A DNA stretch of 64,000 nt, from positions 310,001 to 374,000 of the forward strand of contig JABVCE010000007.1 in NCBI GenBank assembly GCA_014905635.1, given 5' to 3'. This stretch comes from Scenedesmus sp. PABB004. Taxonomy: Eukaryota. Below are positions 1 through 12,065 of the stretch, piece by piece (positions within the stretch are counted from its first letter, which is position 1; the number at the start of each line of letters is the position of its first letter). Under the pieces are notes generated by a model. The model was not told the origin of the DNA. It did not search any database and saw only the letters and a program-made list of their open reading frames with translations. Both the position numbers and the translations under genes were made by a program.

Positions 1-1030
1 GCTGCTGCCGCTCGCATACTGCGTGTACCGCCTGGGCGCGCCCGCGGCCGCCGGCGCGGCGCGGCGCGCCGCGCGCGGCGACGCCGCGGCGCCGGCGCCG
101 CGCGGCGACGGCGACGCCGCGGCGCTCGAGGACGAGTGGGAGGAGGCCGGCGGCGAGTTTGGGCCCGACGACGGTGCCGGCAGCTCCGGCGGCAGCGGCA
201 GCCCGCTCGCGTTTGGCGCCTCGCTCGACGGCGGGGCCCACCTGGACGGCCGCTTCGAGCCGTTTGGCGCCGACGGCGGCGCGGGCGCGTACTTTGAGCC
301 CGGCGACGCCGCCGCCGACTTTTACGACGCCGCGAGCGACGCCACCGGCAGCGCGCGCAGCGCACGCAGCGGCAGCGCGCGCGGCGCCGGCGGCGCCGCG
401 GCGGTGGAGCTGCAGCCGCTGCGCCGCGGCGGCGGCAGCAGCGCGAGCGCGAGCGCGAGCAGCGGCCGCTCCGACCACGCCGCCGCCGGCGGCGGCGGCG
501 GCGGCGCCGTGTCTGCCATCTGGCGCATGCTGGGCCTGCAGCAGCAGCAGCAGGAGCCCGCGCCGCACGGCGGCGGCGCCGCCGCGGCGGGCGCGGCGGG
601 CGGGCGGCGCGGGTGGGGCCCTGCCTCGGCGCTGGTGCTCGAGGGCGAGCACGACGGCCGCGGCTTTGCCGGCATCGCCGAGGGCGAGGACGAGGGCGCC
701 GCGTCGCCGGGTGAGCGCAGCGGCGCGCGCGCGGGGGCGGGCCGGCGGCGCCGGCCGGGGCGCGGCGCCCGGCAGCGCGGCCGCGCCCGCGAATGCGCGC
801 GTGCCGCAAGCGACCATCACCACGCCACAGGCGACCTGCCTTCCTGGCGCGGCGAGCTGCTGGCCGAGTCGGAGGAGGAGGGCGACGACGACGAGGCGTG
901 GGCGCGGCAGGAGCACGCCGCCAAGGGCGCGGCCGCGGCGGGCGGCGTCGACGAGGACGAGGCCAGCACCGGCACGGGCGCGGCGGGGCTCTCGTCGCGG
1001 CGGCGGCTGGGCTACGCGTACCGCGCGTGA
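1..1030 (+). CDS. 3' part of a hypothetical protein (hydrophobic segment then low-complexity acidic/Gly-rich tail); starts before the window
   Basis: Open frame LLPLAYCVYRLG...GYAYRA* with coding-like codon usage; probable GT-AG intron 711-830. Confidence 0.55.
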   Translation, partial: LLPLAYCVYRLGAPAAAGAARRAARGDAAAPAPRGDGDAAALEDEWEEAGGEFGPDDGAGSSGGSGSPLAFGASLDGGAHLDGRFEPFGADGGAGAYFEPGDAAADFYDAASDATGSARSARSGSARGAGGAAAVELQPLRRGGGSSASASASSGRSDHAAAGGGGGGAVSAIWRMLGLQQQQQEPAPHGGGAAAAGAAGGRRGWGPASALVLEGEHDGRGFAGIAEGEDEGAASPGERSGARAGAGRRRRPGRGARQRGRARECARAASDHHHATGDLPSWRGELLAESEEEGDDDEAWARQEHAAKGAAAAGGVDEDEASTGTGAAGLSSRRRLGYAYRA

Positions 1031-1292
1031 GTGAGAGTTGTGTGTGCGTCCTGTACATCAGCGCCCGCGTCTTGCAATTGAGATCGCGCCGCGAGCGGCG
1101 CCCGCGACGCGGCGGTGCAGCGCGGCGGCGGGTCAGCGCGGCGGGTCAGCGCCCGCAGCCCCTGACCGGCTCGTGAGCGCTTCCCGGCCGCACAATCTGC
1201 GGATCGCGACCACCGCCGGCCCCTCGCGCGCTGCCAGCTGCGCGGCCGACGCCGCCATCAGCTCTCAATCAGCGCACGCCGCTGCAGCCAGC

Positions 1293-1994
1293 ATGCTCTG
1301 CGCACGCGCTCCGGCTCGCGCCGGCGTGGTGGTCCCGCGGTGCAGCAGTCAACCAGCGAGGGCAGTGAGCGCCGCGGCAGTGCGCGGCGGCGGCGGCAGC
1401 AGCGCGGAGCGGCAGCAGCAGCAGAGCGCGGCGGCGGCGGCGGCCCTCGTCGCGGCGGCGCTGCTGGCGCTCAGCCCGCCGGCGCTGGCCGAGGAGGACG
1501 AGTGCTTTGGCCCCACGTGCCTCAAGGCGGGGCGCGAGGCGATCGAAGCGCTCAAGGGCGTCAACGACGCGCAGAAGGCTAAGCTGAGCGCCGCGGAGGA
1601 CGCGTTCAGCACGAGCCCCACGCTCAAGGCGCTGCTGGAGCGGAGCGAGGCCAACCGCGCCAAGAACAAAAAGGCAATCGAGAACAAGTGCGGAGCGCGG
1701 CGGCTCACCTGCGGCCGGCCGGCCTCGCGCCGCGGCCGGCCTCGCGCCGGGACCCGGCGTCGCGCCGCGGCTGACCTCGTTCGCGCCCCGCGCGCGCGCA
1801 GGTACTGCTACCGCCAGGCGGAGCTCGGGATCGGCGACTGCGGCGGCCTGCGCCTGATCCCGGGGATGACCAAGAACGGCAAGCAGCCCACGCCCGAGTT
1901 CCTCCAAAAGGCGCTCGGGATCGAGGGCAAGATCCCAAAGCAGGAGGGCGAGGGCAAGACCATCGAGGAGCTGCTGGGGGGCGCGCCGGAGTGA
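1293..1994 (+). CDS. Putative thylakoid-lumen protein with weak PsaN-like segment
   Basis: Transit peptide, hydrophobic stretch and AxA site (LLALSPPALA); LLERSEANRAKNKKAIENK/YCYRQAELGIGDC; intron 1688-1801. Confidence 0.55.
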   Translation: MLCARAPARAGVVVPRCSSQPARAVSAAAVRGGGGSSAERQQQQSAAAAAALVAAALLALSPPALAEEDECFGPTCLKAGREAIEALKGVNDAQKAKLSAAEDAFSTSPTLKALLERSEANRAKNKKAIENKCGARRLTCGRPASRRGRPRAGTRRRAAADLVRAPRARRYCYRQAELGIGDCGGLRLIPGMTKNGKQPTPEFLQKALGIEGKIPKQEGEGKTIEELLGGAPE

Positions 1995-2257
1995 TGCGTG
2001 TGCGTGCGAGCGCGCCGCCGGGCGAGTTGGCAACCTGCTGAGCCGCCGCGCGACAGCGTGCCGCGGCGCTCCACAGCCGTCCCACTGGCGCTGCCGCGAG
2101 ACCCGCACCACTGCGCACGCCGCGCGCGCACGCGACCAGAGGCTCGCCGGAGCCCGCTGCCGCCGCGAGCGCGCCCGCCGCCGCCGCTGCCGCCAGCTCG
2201 TCGCCGCGGTCACAGCGCTCGCCTGATTGGGCACAGCGCTCGCGCGCAGCATCGCGG

Positions 2258-3391
2258 ATGCTGCGGGCGCGCCCGGGCGCGTGCGCGCCCTCGCGCGCGC
2301 CCTCGCGCGCGGCGTCTGCTCGCTGCGCGTGCCACGAAATTGCGCGCCCCGTGGCGCTGCCCACGAGCCGGCGCGCGGCGCTGGCAGCGCTGCTCGCGGG
2401 TGCGCCGCGTGCCGCCGCCGCAGCGCGCTGCTCCCGCCCGCAGGACCGCCGGCGCTCACGCCTCGCGCCGCTCGCAGGCCTGGCGGGTGCATCGCGACCG
2501 GCGTGGGCCGTCACGCCGCCGCCGCCGGCGCCGGAGCCCGCGCCGGAGCCTGCCGTGGCGGAGCAGCAGCAGGCGCTGCCGCAGCCGCCGCCGCCGCTGG
2601 ACGGCGGCGCGCCAGCGCCGCCGTCGACGGAGGGCGGTCCGCCGCCGCCGCCGTCGCCGGCGGACGGCGCGCAGCCGCAGCAGCCGCTGGGGCAGCCGGC
2701 GCCCGCGCCCGACGCGGGGGCCCTCGCGCCGCCGCAGCCCGCGGCGGCGCAGCCGCCCGACGCGGGCGCGCCGCCGGCGCCGCCGGGCGCGCCGAGCTTC
2801 CAGTTGACCCAGGAGGAGGCGCAGCGGCTGCTGGACGACGAGGACGCGAAGCGGCGCGCGCGGCGGCGGCTCAAAAAGGGCCCGTTCTCGGGGCGCCTGC
2901 GCGAGCTCGAGGAGGTGCGCGGCGCGCCGCGCCGCGCGGGGCGCTGCGCCGCGGCGGCAGCGGAGGAGTGCGGCGCGCGCGGCCCATGCAGCATGCATAG
3001 TCACACGCGCCGCGCCGCGCGCCGCGCCGCGTCGACGCTCGCGCCGCCGCGCAGATGCGTGCTGAGCTGGCTGAGAAGGAGATCACTCTGCTGCAGAAGG
3101 AGCAGCAGCTGCTGGACAGGGAGCAGACGCTGCTGGTGCTCAAGGAGGAGGTGCGGCGGCGGGCGGCGCAGGGGGCGGGGGTGGGGCGCGGGCCCGCGTG
3201 CGCGGCGGGCGCTGCGCGACGGCACGGGCGGGCCGGCAGCACGCCTGCGAGCCGCCCGCCCGCCCGCCGCCCGCCCGCAGCTGGAGCTGGAGCGCAAGCT
3301 GCGCGCGCTGCTGACGCGGGAGAAGGAGCGCGCGGAGGAGGAAGCCGCGCTCGCGATGGGCCTCTGCACCGGCGGCGCGATGCTGCCGTGA
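2258..3391 (+). CDS. Putative plastid/lumen-targeted Pro-rich and coiled-coil protein
   Basis: Twin-Arg-like signal SRRAALAALLAG...AWA; Pro-rich linker; coiled-coil exons RELEE/MRAELAEKEITLLQKEQ.../LELERKLRALL; about 3 GT-AG introns. Confidence 0.55.
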   Translation: MLRARPGACAPSRAPSRAASARCACHEIARPVALPTSRRAALAALLAGAPRAAAAARCSRPQDRRRSRLAPLAGLAGASRPAWAVTPPPPAPEPAPEPAVAEQQQALPQPPPPLDGGAPAPPSTEGGPPPPPSPADGAQPQQPLGQPAPAPDAGALAPPQPAAAQPPDAGAPPAPPGAPSFQLTQEEAQRLLDDEDAKRRARRRLKKGPFSGRLRELEEVRGAPRRAGRCAAAAAEECGARGPCSMHSHTRRAARRAASTLAPPRRCVLSWLRRRSLCCRRSSSCWTGSRRCWCSRRRCGGGRRRGRGWGAGPRARRALRDGTGGPAARLRAARPPAARPQLELERKLRALLTREKERAEEEAALAMGLCTGGAMLP

Positions 3392-3685
3392 CGCGCCGCG
3401 CCGCGCCGCGCCGCGCGGTCGGCGGCCGAGCCGCGCCGCCGCCGGCTCCGCCCCAATTGGGGCGCGCATCTCTTCATCAGCCGCTTGTGCCGCGCCGCGG
3501 CCAATGTTGAGGTTAACGCTACCAGCCACAGGGGTCACTCCGCGGCGACCAAACCCCGCGCAACCGCCGCCCGGCCGGCTGCCGCCTGGCTGCGCACGAG
3601 GCCGGCGCCGCGCGCGCCGCCCGCACCTTTTTCCGGCGCCCCCAGCAGCCCCCAGCTCGCTCTCCCGCTCCCAGCAGCCGGCACA

Positions 3686-5372
3686 ATGGCTGAGGCCAAG
3701 ACGCTCGTCGTGGAGGGTGCGGCGGCCGGCCGTGCGCGCTGCTGCTGCGGTGCCGCTGGCGCGCTGCTGCCCGCGCGAACCTGGGGACCGCCCGCTCCGC
3801 AGTGGCCAGCTGCAACGTGAAGAAGCTGGACCTCAAGGTGCGCCGCGGCTCAAACACATGCCCCCCGCGCGGGGAGCCGCCATTGCATCGGGCCCGCGCT
3901 CCCAGCGCCAGGCCCGTCCAATTGGCTCGCCAGCCGGCGTACGCCGCGGGCGCGACCGAACAAGCAGCCTGGAAAGCCGCAGGCGGCTCCCGGGCCTGGG
4001 AGCGCCGGCGGGATCGGCGGCAGCGGCAGCGGCAGCGCCCGGCGGCCGGCGGCGGCACCTGGGCGCCCCCGCGCTGCGCCGCGGCCGCAACGTCGCGGGT
4101 ACCGGACCTGCTGGCGCGGACGGTGGCCGCCACGTCGGCGGACGCGGTGCCAGCAGCGCGCGGCGCGGAGATGCCCGCTCACGCGCGGGTGCCGCCGCGC
4201 GCCGCGCCCGCCGCGCAGGCGTACGGCGTCACCAAGCAGCGCTCGTACGTGGTGGTCAAGGTCGGCGACGTGGAGAAGAAGACCACCGTCGGCCTGGGTG
4301 CGCGCCGCGCGCGGCGTGGGGGGGCCGCCGCGCGGGGCGAGGCGCGCCGGCGTGCGCAGCGGTTGGACGCGGGGCCGCGCCGCCGCCGACTGCCGCGCGC
4401 GCCCTGCTCAGGCCTGGACCCCACGTGGGAGGAGACGTTTGAGTTTGACGTCGCCGACGAGAACACCACGCGGTGCGGCGCGCCGCGCCGCGCGCCAGGA
4501 GGGGCGCCGCGCACTGCGCCGCGCCGACCGCGACGCGCGGCCGCCGCCGCCGCGCTCGCGCCGCACTGCTGCCCGCCCACCCCGCCCCGTGCGCGCGCGT
4601 GGCCGCCGCCGCCCGCCCGCGCGTGCCGCCGCCCGCCCGCGCGTGCCACAGGTGCTACGTCTCGTTCTTCATGGGCGCCGAGGGCGAGGAGAAGCGCATC
4701 GGCGACGAGTGTGAGCCGCCGCCGCCGCCGCCGCCCGTGCCGCCGCCCGCGCCGCCGCCCGCGCCCCGCGCCCCGCCGCGCAGACTGCGCGGCCGCGCCG
4801 CGCCGCCACGCACGCCTCGACCGTGCCCGCGCCCCGCGACCATGACCATCACGTCATGCCACCGCCACCGTCACCCCCCAGGCGAGTACCTGCTGAACGT
4901 GCTCGTCGTGGCCAAGCCCACCTACAAGGGCCTCATCGTGCCCGGCGGCAAGGTGCGGCCGCGCGCCGCGCGCGCGGCGGGCTGTGCCCACCAGCAGCTG
5001 CCGGCTGGACACTGGGTCACCAGCGGCCGGCTGAACGCTGGGTCACCCCGCGCGGCGCGGCCTGCGCCCGCTCAGCCCGCGTGCTGCGGCCCGCGCCCGC
5101 TCACCCCGCGCACTTACTAAACCATCGCCGCCGCGGGGTGCAGGTGGACATGATGTTCACCGCGCGCGGCTTCGGCAAGGAGGACGGTGCGGCGCGGCGC
5201 GGCGCGCAGGCGGGGGCCGCGGCGCGGCGGCGCGCCCGTGCGCCGCCGCCCGGCTGCGGCCGGCGCCGCCGACCGCGCACGCGCCGCGCCGCGCCCAGTG
5301 CCCGTGGACGACTCGGCGCTGCTGGACCTCATGGATGGCGGCGAGATGTGCATGGACAGCGACGACGAGTAG
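3686..5372 (+). CDS. Small C2-domain protein (8 exons)
   Basis: Spliced product contains SYVVVKVGDVEKKTT, LDPTWEETFEFDV, EEKRIGDE and an acidic tail; TGTAA at 5570-5574. Confidence 0.75.
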
Positions 5373-5569
5373 AGGCCGACGCGCGCGCACACGCCGAGGA
5401 GCCGCCCGCCGCGCGGCACGTGGCGTGCGCCGTGCGGGCGAGAGAGAGAGAGGGAGCGGGGGCGGGAGCGGGAGCGGGCCGCGCGCCCGCACAGCCAGCT
5501 GGGCTGCGGGGCGCGCGCGCTGCCGGCGCGGCAGCGCGGCCGCCGCCAGCGCCGGACCCGGGGCGGGTG

Positions 5570-5574
5570 TGTAA
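5570..5574 (+). terminator. Chlorophyte polyadenylation signal TGTAA of the C2 gene
   Basis: GTGTGTAACCG about 200 nt after the stop; same context as after RPS6. Confidence 0.6.
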
Positions 5575-5650
5575 CCGCCCTCGGGGACGCCGCTGCAGCG
5601 CTTGGCGGCCAAGTTTCAGGCTGCTGGGCGGGCCCGTCGTCGCGCGCGCG

Positions 5651-6318
5651 GCCGCCGCCGCCGGCAGCTGCTTGCCGCGCCAGCTGGGCTGCGACCGGGC
5701 TGCGCCCAGAGCAACGCAGCTGCGGCGCACAGCGCGACCAAAACGCCTGCCCCCGGCATATGCGCGGCCCCGTTCCCTCAGCTCCGCAGCGCCGCTCACC
5801 CTCGCCAGCCCGCGGGCAGCGCCGGGGCGTCCCCCAACTCCGCCGCCGCGACAGAGGGCGCGGCCTGCGAGGCGGCACGTGCCGTGCCTGAGCCGCCGGG
5901 CCAACGTGGCAGCGCCGGGGGCGCGGCGCGGCCCCACGGCGCCGCGGCGCACCTCCCAGCGAGCGGCCGAGGCAGCCCTTGCGCTCGAGCCCGGCGGGGC
6001 GGGGAGCCGGGGGTCGCGCCTCAGGCGCGGCGCGCAGGTATGCTGAACGCCGGGCTGTAGGCCGCGCGCGCCATCGCTGCTGTGTGGCGCCCCTCTCAGC
6101 GCCGCGGCGGGCATGGGCGGGACGCAGGTGTGCGGCGGCGGCGGCGGCGCGGCCGGCTGCAGGCGGGCGCCGCCAGCCCAAACCCTGGCGTCAGCTGGAG
6201 GAGCAGCGCCGCCCAAACCGGGCGGCGTCAGCTTGCTCCCACCGCAGCCGCCAGGGCCTGGCCGGGGTCCTGCCCGTCGTGCCGTGCGTCGGGCGTCACA
6301 CGCGACCGCGCCGCGCCC
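5651..6318 (+). repeat. ~665-bp repeat, copy 1 (inverted relative to 12159-12823)
   Basis: Direct comparison with the reverse complement of 12159-12823 shows near-identity with only a few 1-2 nt indels. Confidence 0.95.
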
Positions 6319-6487
6319 ACGCAGTGCGCCCGCCACTCCCTTCCTCCACTCCCGTCCCACCTTTTTGCCCCGCCGCACGCAGGCCGAGTGGACCACGTGC
6401 AGCGCAGCGCCGGCAGCCCCCTGCCGACACGCCGCCGCTGGCCGTCGCAGCCGCCCCGCGGGCTCCACGTCTCCCCCCAGGACCGCC

Positions 6488-7279
6488 ATGAGCACCATGT
6501 GCTGCGCCAGCCGGCCGCTCACGGCGCAGGCGCGGCGGGGCGCGGTCGCACCCGCGGCACGCCTGCGGCTGCGGCGCGCACAGGCGCCGGTGCAGGCGCG
6601 CTTCGGCGGCGGCGGTGAGCGTTGAGGGCTCTGCGCTGTTTGCTGGCGGCGCTGACGGGCTGCTGGCGGCCGCGACGACGCCGCTGGCGGCGGAGCAGCA
6701 GATGCTTCTGGTGACCCCTCAAGCGCGGCTGCCTCACGCACGGCTGCCTCACGCGCGGCTGTCTCACGCGCGGCTGCCCCTCCAACGCAGGCGTGGCTGA
6801 CTGGCCGGCCGGCGCCGACATCGACGTGACCAAGCGCTCCGGGGGGTGGGACTCGGACCGCGACGGCGGCGTGCTGACCGTGGCGCGCCCCGACACCGGC
6901 AGCGACGGCGGCTCCACCGATCGCTCGCCGCCCGGCGGCGGCAACCACCGCCTGCTCCTACTGGACAGCCCTCGCCACCGGGAGGCGATGGTGGTCCGAG
7001 CGCTGACGCAGGTGGTGTCGGGCTGCGACGAGCCGCACGCGAGGAACTGCTACGCGACGAGCAAGCAGCTCGGCGCGGCGATTGTCACCAGCTGCCTAAA
7101 GGAGCATGCAGAGCACTTCATGCAGGTGCGGCGGCGCGCAGGCGCCGGGCCCCGGCGCCGCCGGCCGAGCCAGCCCGTGACCCGAGCGCGGCCCGCCCGC
7201 CCGCCGCGGCCCGCCGCCCCAGGCGCTGTACCGCTGCGGCGTGCGCACCGCGATTGAGCCGGACAACACCACTGCGTGA
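6488..7279 (+). CDS. Plastid-targeted ClpS-like adaptor protein
   Basis: Transit peptide; HRLLLLDSPRHREAMVVRALTQVV...AAIVTSCLKEHAEHFMQ/ALYRCGVRTAIEP matches the ClpS fold pattern; 2 introns. Confidence 0.75.
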
Positions 7280-7764
7280 GGAGAGCAGAGGGGGGAGTGT
7301 CGCAGGGCTGCGGGGCACCGTTGGCGCGACGAGCGAGCGAGCAAATCAAGGCTTTGCGGCGGCAGCAAGACATCTGCTTGCGTCCACCCGGGCCGCCGGC
7401 GCATGTCGCCGCCCGGCGCGCTGCCGGGTGCGCGCGGCGTGCGCACTGGTCGGGCACTTGTGTTGAGCGCGCGCGCGGCGCTGGCCGAGGGTTTGCTGGC
7501 CGTGGCAGGGGAGCGGGCAGCCGCGCATGCGGTGCCAGCGAGGGGACGAAGAGGGCAAGCTGGCCAGCGGCTGCAGCGACATGCTGCGGTCGGCAGCGAA
7601 CGCTGACGCTGCAGAGAATAGGGCGCACGCGGGCTCTGTGCTGAGTCACAAGCGAAACCGTTCGCGGTGCAACTCCTTTTCGAGCTCTGGAGACCGTGGC
7701 CGCCGCCCGCCCGCCGCGCGCAGCAGACAGCATGCGCCACTGCCCGGCCCCTGCACGCCCGGCG

Positions 7765-9427
7765 TCACTCCTCGCCCTCGCCGTGCCACAGCGTGTCACC
7801 CAGCTCTGGCGCGGCGGCCGCCTCGGCGACCAGCAGCACCAGGCGCCCTGCGGGAGCGGCGGACCGGGCTCAAGCGGCGGCGGACCGGGCTCGGCGCTCG
7901 CCGCACCCGCCGCTCGCCGCACTCGGCGAGCGCGGGTGCGGCGGCCGCGCGCCGCGCACCCAGGGCGGAGGTGTTGGCGTACGCCGCCTCGCTGCTGTGC
8001 TCCTCGAAGCCGCAGCCCTTGTAGAGCGCGACGGCGACCTCGTTGTCCGCCTCGACGTGCGTGTACATGCGCGCCGCGCCCCAGCGCCGCACCGCGCGCG
8101 CCATGGCTGCGCGCCGGCGCGGCGGCGCGCGGCGGGCGCGCGTTCGGCGGCGGCGAGCGTCATGCCGCGGCGGCGGCGCGCCGGTTCCCGCACCTGCGCG
8201 CATGAGCGCCCGCCCGATGCCGCGCCCGCGCGCCGCCTCGTCCACCACGACGTTGAGCAGGTAGCAGCCGGCGGGCTCGCCCTCGGGCACGCCTGCGGCG
8301 CAGGCAGGCGGCGGGGCGGCTCGGCGCGCGCGCCGCGGCCGCCGCGCGGGCCCCCCTGCGCTGGCGCCGCTGGCGGGCGGCAGCGGCGCCGCACCGATGG
8401 TGCGCGTGCCGGTGGCGCTCTGCGGCAGGCGGATGTCGATGCAGCCCTGCACCGCGCCGCTGCCCGGGTCTACCGCCACCTGCGGCCGGCGCGCGCGGGG
8501 CGGCGGGCTCGGCGGGGCGCTGCCGGCGCGCGCCGCGGCCAGCCCGCGCGCGCCGCCGCGCCGCGCCGCGCCGCACCAGGCAGTCGCACAGCTGCGGCCG
8601 CCCCGCGCCGCCCGCGGTGCGCTGGCGCAGCGACTCCACCTCCTGCGCCGCGAATTGGCGCTTGAAGCTGGCGGCAAAGCGGCTGTGGTCGTCCTGCGGC
8701 GGTGGCCGGGCAGGCGCGGCGCGGCGCGGCGCGCGTGGGCGCCGCCGCCGCTGCCGCCGCCCGGGGCCGGCCGGCCGCACGCCCCGACTCGTGCGCAGGG
8801 CCGGCGCAGCCCCCCCCCCTGCCCTTCGCGGCCGCCGCACCGCGTGGTACGCCTCGGCGCGCAGCCGCGCCACGGCCGCCAGCTCGTCGCTGCTCCGCGC
8901 CGCCTGGACGACCACGTCGGGGCTGCCGCGCGCGGCGTCGCTGTTGCTGGCGGCGGCGGGGGGCTGCGGCTCCTCGTCAAAGTCAAACACCTGGCCGCCG
9001 CCGCCGCCGCCCTGCTCCGGCGCCGGCGCCTGCGCCTCTTCTGCTGCGAGCGAGCCCGCGTCGGCGGCGACGCGGCAGGCCGCCGCGCGCCGGCGCGCTC
9101 GGCCGCTGCCGCTGCTGCTGCTGCTCCAGCCGCTGCTGCTACTGCTGCTGCAGCTGATGCTCCTGCTCCTGCTGCTGCTGCCCCTGCTGAGCGCCCGCTG
9201 CACGCGCGCCGCGGCGGCGTGAGGCAGCGGCCGGCTCGCCTGCGGGCGGCGGGCGGCGCTGCGCGGTCGGCAGCGGCCCGCGGCCGCGCGGAGGCGCGCA
9301 TGGGGCGGCCCCAAGTCGCGTGGAGCCCCAGGCACGAGCCAATTACCTGCAGCCGGGGCACCGCCGCTGCGCCGGCAGCGGCGGCGGCGCTCGCGCGCGC
9401 CCGCGCGGCGGCGGCGCTGGCGGCCAT
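7765..9427 (-). CDS. GNAT-family N-acetyltransferase, probably plastid-targeted
   Basis: Acetyl-CoA motif YLLNVVVDEAARGRGIGRALM; MYTHVEADNEVAVALYKGCGF; multiple introns. Confidence 0.85.
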
Positions 9428-9719
9428 GGCGAGGTGTGGTAGATGAGCGCGGAGGTGCGCCGGGCCCGTTCAATGGCGCACAAGCAGAGACCTGCTGGCA
9501 GGTCTCTGTCACGCCCGCCCCTCGCGCTCCCGGTGCGTTGCCTGGCTCCCCGAGACGGCGGAGTCTCTCTGGCAGACAGCACCCCGAAACCGCCGATCAG
9601 CAGCACAGGCGCAGGCGCGCCCGACACCGCGGCGGCCGCCGCTGCTCGCCGTCGAGCTCGCGCCGCAGCCAGCACACCGTCCGTCAGGCCTTGCCCAGCG
9701 CTCGATCGCGTCGGAGGCC

Positions 9720-10802
9720 ATGTCGCTGCACGTGAGAGCCGGCGACCGCGCGTGCTGTGGCCGCGCGGGCGGGCGGCGCCGCCGCTGAGCGGGCGAGCAG
9801 CGTGCGCACCGCCGACCCGCCCGCGCGCAGGAGGACGAGGAGGCCGCGCTGGAGGCCATCCGGGGCGCCAACCCGGGCCTCGCGGAGGACTGGCGCGGGC
9901 CGCCGAGCGCGGGCTGGCGCGGGCTCAAGCGCGGCGACGACGGGGCGGGCCTGGCCGAGCTGTGAGCGAGGCGGCCGGCGGCGCGGCGCGGCCGTGCTTC
10001 GCGGGCCGCGGGCCGCGGGCTGCGGCGGCCTCACGCCACGCCGCTGCCGCCGCAGGATGCTCGACGCGTGCGGCCTGGTCGCGCTGCCGCCGCAGGTCGC
10101 CGCGCTGACCGGCCTGCGCAAGCTGTGCGTGCCGCCGCCGCCGGGCGGGGCGGCCCGGCACGGCGCTGCGCCGCGAGCGCACCCTCGGCACACGCTGACG
10201 CCGCGCCCGCCCGCGCAGCTGGCTGTCCAACAACGGCCTGCGCGTGCTGCCGGATGAGATCAGCTGCCTGGTCGGCCTGCACTCGCTGTGGCTCGGCAAC
10301 AACCTGCTGCGCACGCTGCCGGCCGGCGTCAGCTGCCTGGGCGCGCTCAAGCAGCTGTGAGCACGCGGGCGCGCGCCGCGGCGTTTCGTCGCCTGGCCCT
10401 GGCAGCGCGGCGGCTCACCCGCGCGCCGCCCGCGCTGCGCCGCAGCTGGCTGCCCAGCAACAACATGGCGGAGCTGCCCGAGGCGGTGTGCCGGCTGCCC
10501 GCGCTGGAGTGGCTGTGAGCGGCGCGCGGCGCGGCGCGCCGCCCGGCAGCGGCGGCGGCGGCGGCGACGCGGCCGGCGGCGGCGGTCGGGCCTGAGCGCC
10601 CGCGTCTGCCCGCCTGCCCGCCTGCCCGCCTGCCTGCCCGCCTGCCGCACAGGGACGCTTCTGAGAACAAGCTGACCTCTGTTCCGGCGGCCATCGCGGG
10701 GCTGACGTCGCTCAACCGACTCGACCTGCACTCCAACAGCATCGCCACGCTGCCAGAGGAGATCGGGCAGCTGCACCAGGCGCGCGCCGCGCGGCAGGCT
10801 CC

Positions 10803-10858
<56 letters not shown>

Positions 10859-11356
10859 CCGGGTCGCATGGCTCACGCCGCCGCGCCGCTCGCAGGTGCG
10901 TCACCTGAGCCTTCACTTCAACGCCCTGGAGGCGCTGCCGCCCGGCATCGGCGGCTGCACCGCCCTCGTGTGGCTGTCGCTCAACGCTAACCGCCTCACC
11001 GCCCTGCCGGATGAGCTCTGCGGGCTCACCCAGCTCGTGCGCATCTCCCTGCACATCAACGAGGCGAGCCGCCGCGCGCCGCGCGCCGCGCGCCGCGCGC
11101 CACAGGGCCGGCACGGTGTCGCAGACGCGCGCCGCCGCCGCCGCCGCCGCAGCTCGCGTCGCTGCCGGCGGGCATCGGCGCGCTGACCGCGCTCGAGGCG
11201 GTGTCGCTGCACAAGAACCGGCTCGCGGCGCTGCCGCCCGGCGTCGGGCGCTTTGCCGGCGCGAGCCGGCTGAGCCTGTACGAGAACCAACTGACGTCCA
11301 TTCCGCCCGAGCTCGGGAACATGGCCGCCCTGGAGGAGCTGTGAGCCCCCCGCCGC

Positions 11357-11416
<60 letters not shown>

Positions 11417-11417
11417 T

Positions 11418-11450
<33 letters not shown>

Positions 11451-12065
11451 TGCGCCCGTGCGCGCCACTCTCTGTCGCCGCCGCCGCCGCCGCCCGCTGC
11501 CCCGCCGCAGCTGGCTGTACAGCAATCAGCTGACCGAGCTGCCGCCGGAGCTGGGGCGGCTGCGCGCGCTGCGCAAGCTCTGGGTCGACCGCAACGCGCT
11601 GCAGCGCCTGCCAGAGGAGCTGGGCGACTGCAGCGCCCTGCAGGAGCTGTACCTCGACCACAACCAGCTGCGCACGCTGCCGCTCAGCCTCACCCGCCTC
11701 GCCAACCTGCGCCGCCTGTGAGCGCGCCGCGCCGCCGGCCGCACGCTGCCGCGCCCGTGCGCCCGCCCACACCGCCGCCGCATGCCCGCCGCCGCGGCCG
11801 CAGGTACCTGGAGGGCAACCCCGACCTGGTCGTGCCCCCGGAGCTGGCCGGCCTGCCCGCGCTCGCGGCGCGCGACTACGGCGAGGCCCCGGCCGGCGCG
11901 GCGGCGGGCGGCGTGGCGGCGGGCGGCGCGCCGCCACTGCCGCCGCTCGAGGCGGGGCTGGCGGGGCTGGCGCTCGGCGGCGGCGGGGCCGGCGGCGGTG
12001 CAGCCCCGGCGCACCAGGAGTTTCTGCTCGACCCGGCCCGCTTCGTGGAGCAGCAGGACAAGTAG
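9720..12065 (+). CDS. Leucine-rich repeat protein (intracellular type, about 14-15 LRRs)
   Basis: Repeated LxxLxLxxNxLxxLP units over about 11 exons, e.g. LQELYLDHNQLRTLP; introns tend to fall at equivalent repeat positions. Confidence 0.9.
10804..10858. repeat. (GCC)n microsatellite in an LRR-gene intron
   Basis: Perfect trinucleotide run. Confidence 0.9.
11359..11460. repeat. (CCCGCG)n hexanucleotide repeat in an LRR-gene intron
   Basis: Near-perfect tandem hexamer. Confidence 0.9.

Noticed and set aside
6723..6778. 15-bp tandem repeat (GCGCGGCTGCCTCAC) as a CRISPR-like array or coding repeat
   Set aside because: No spacers; a simple minisatellite inside ClpS intron 1
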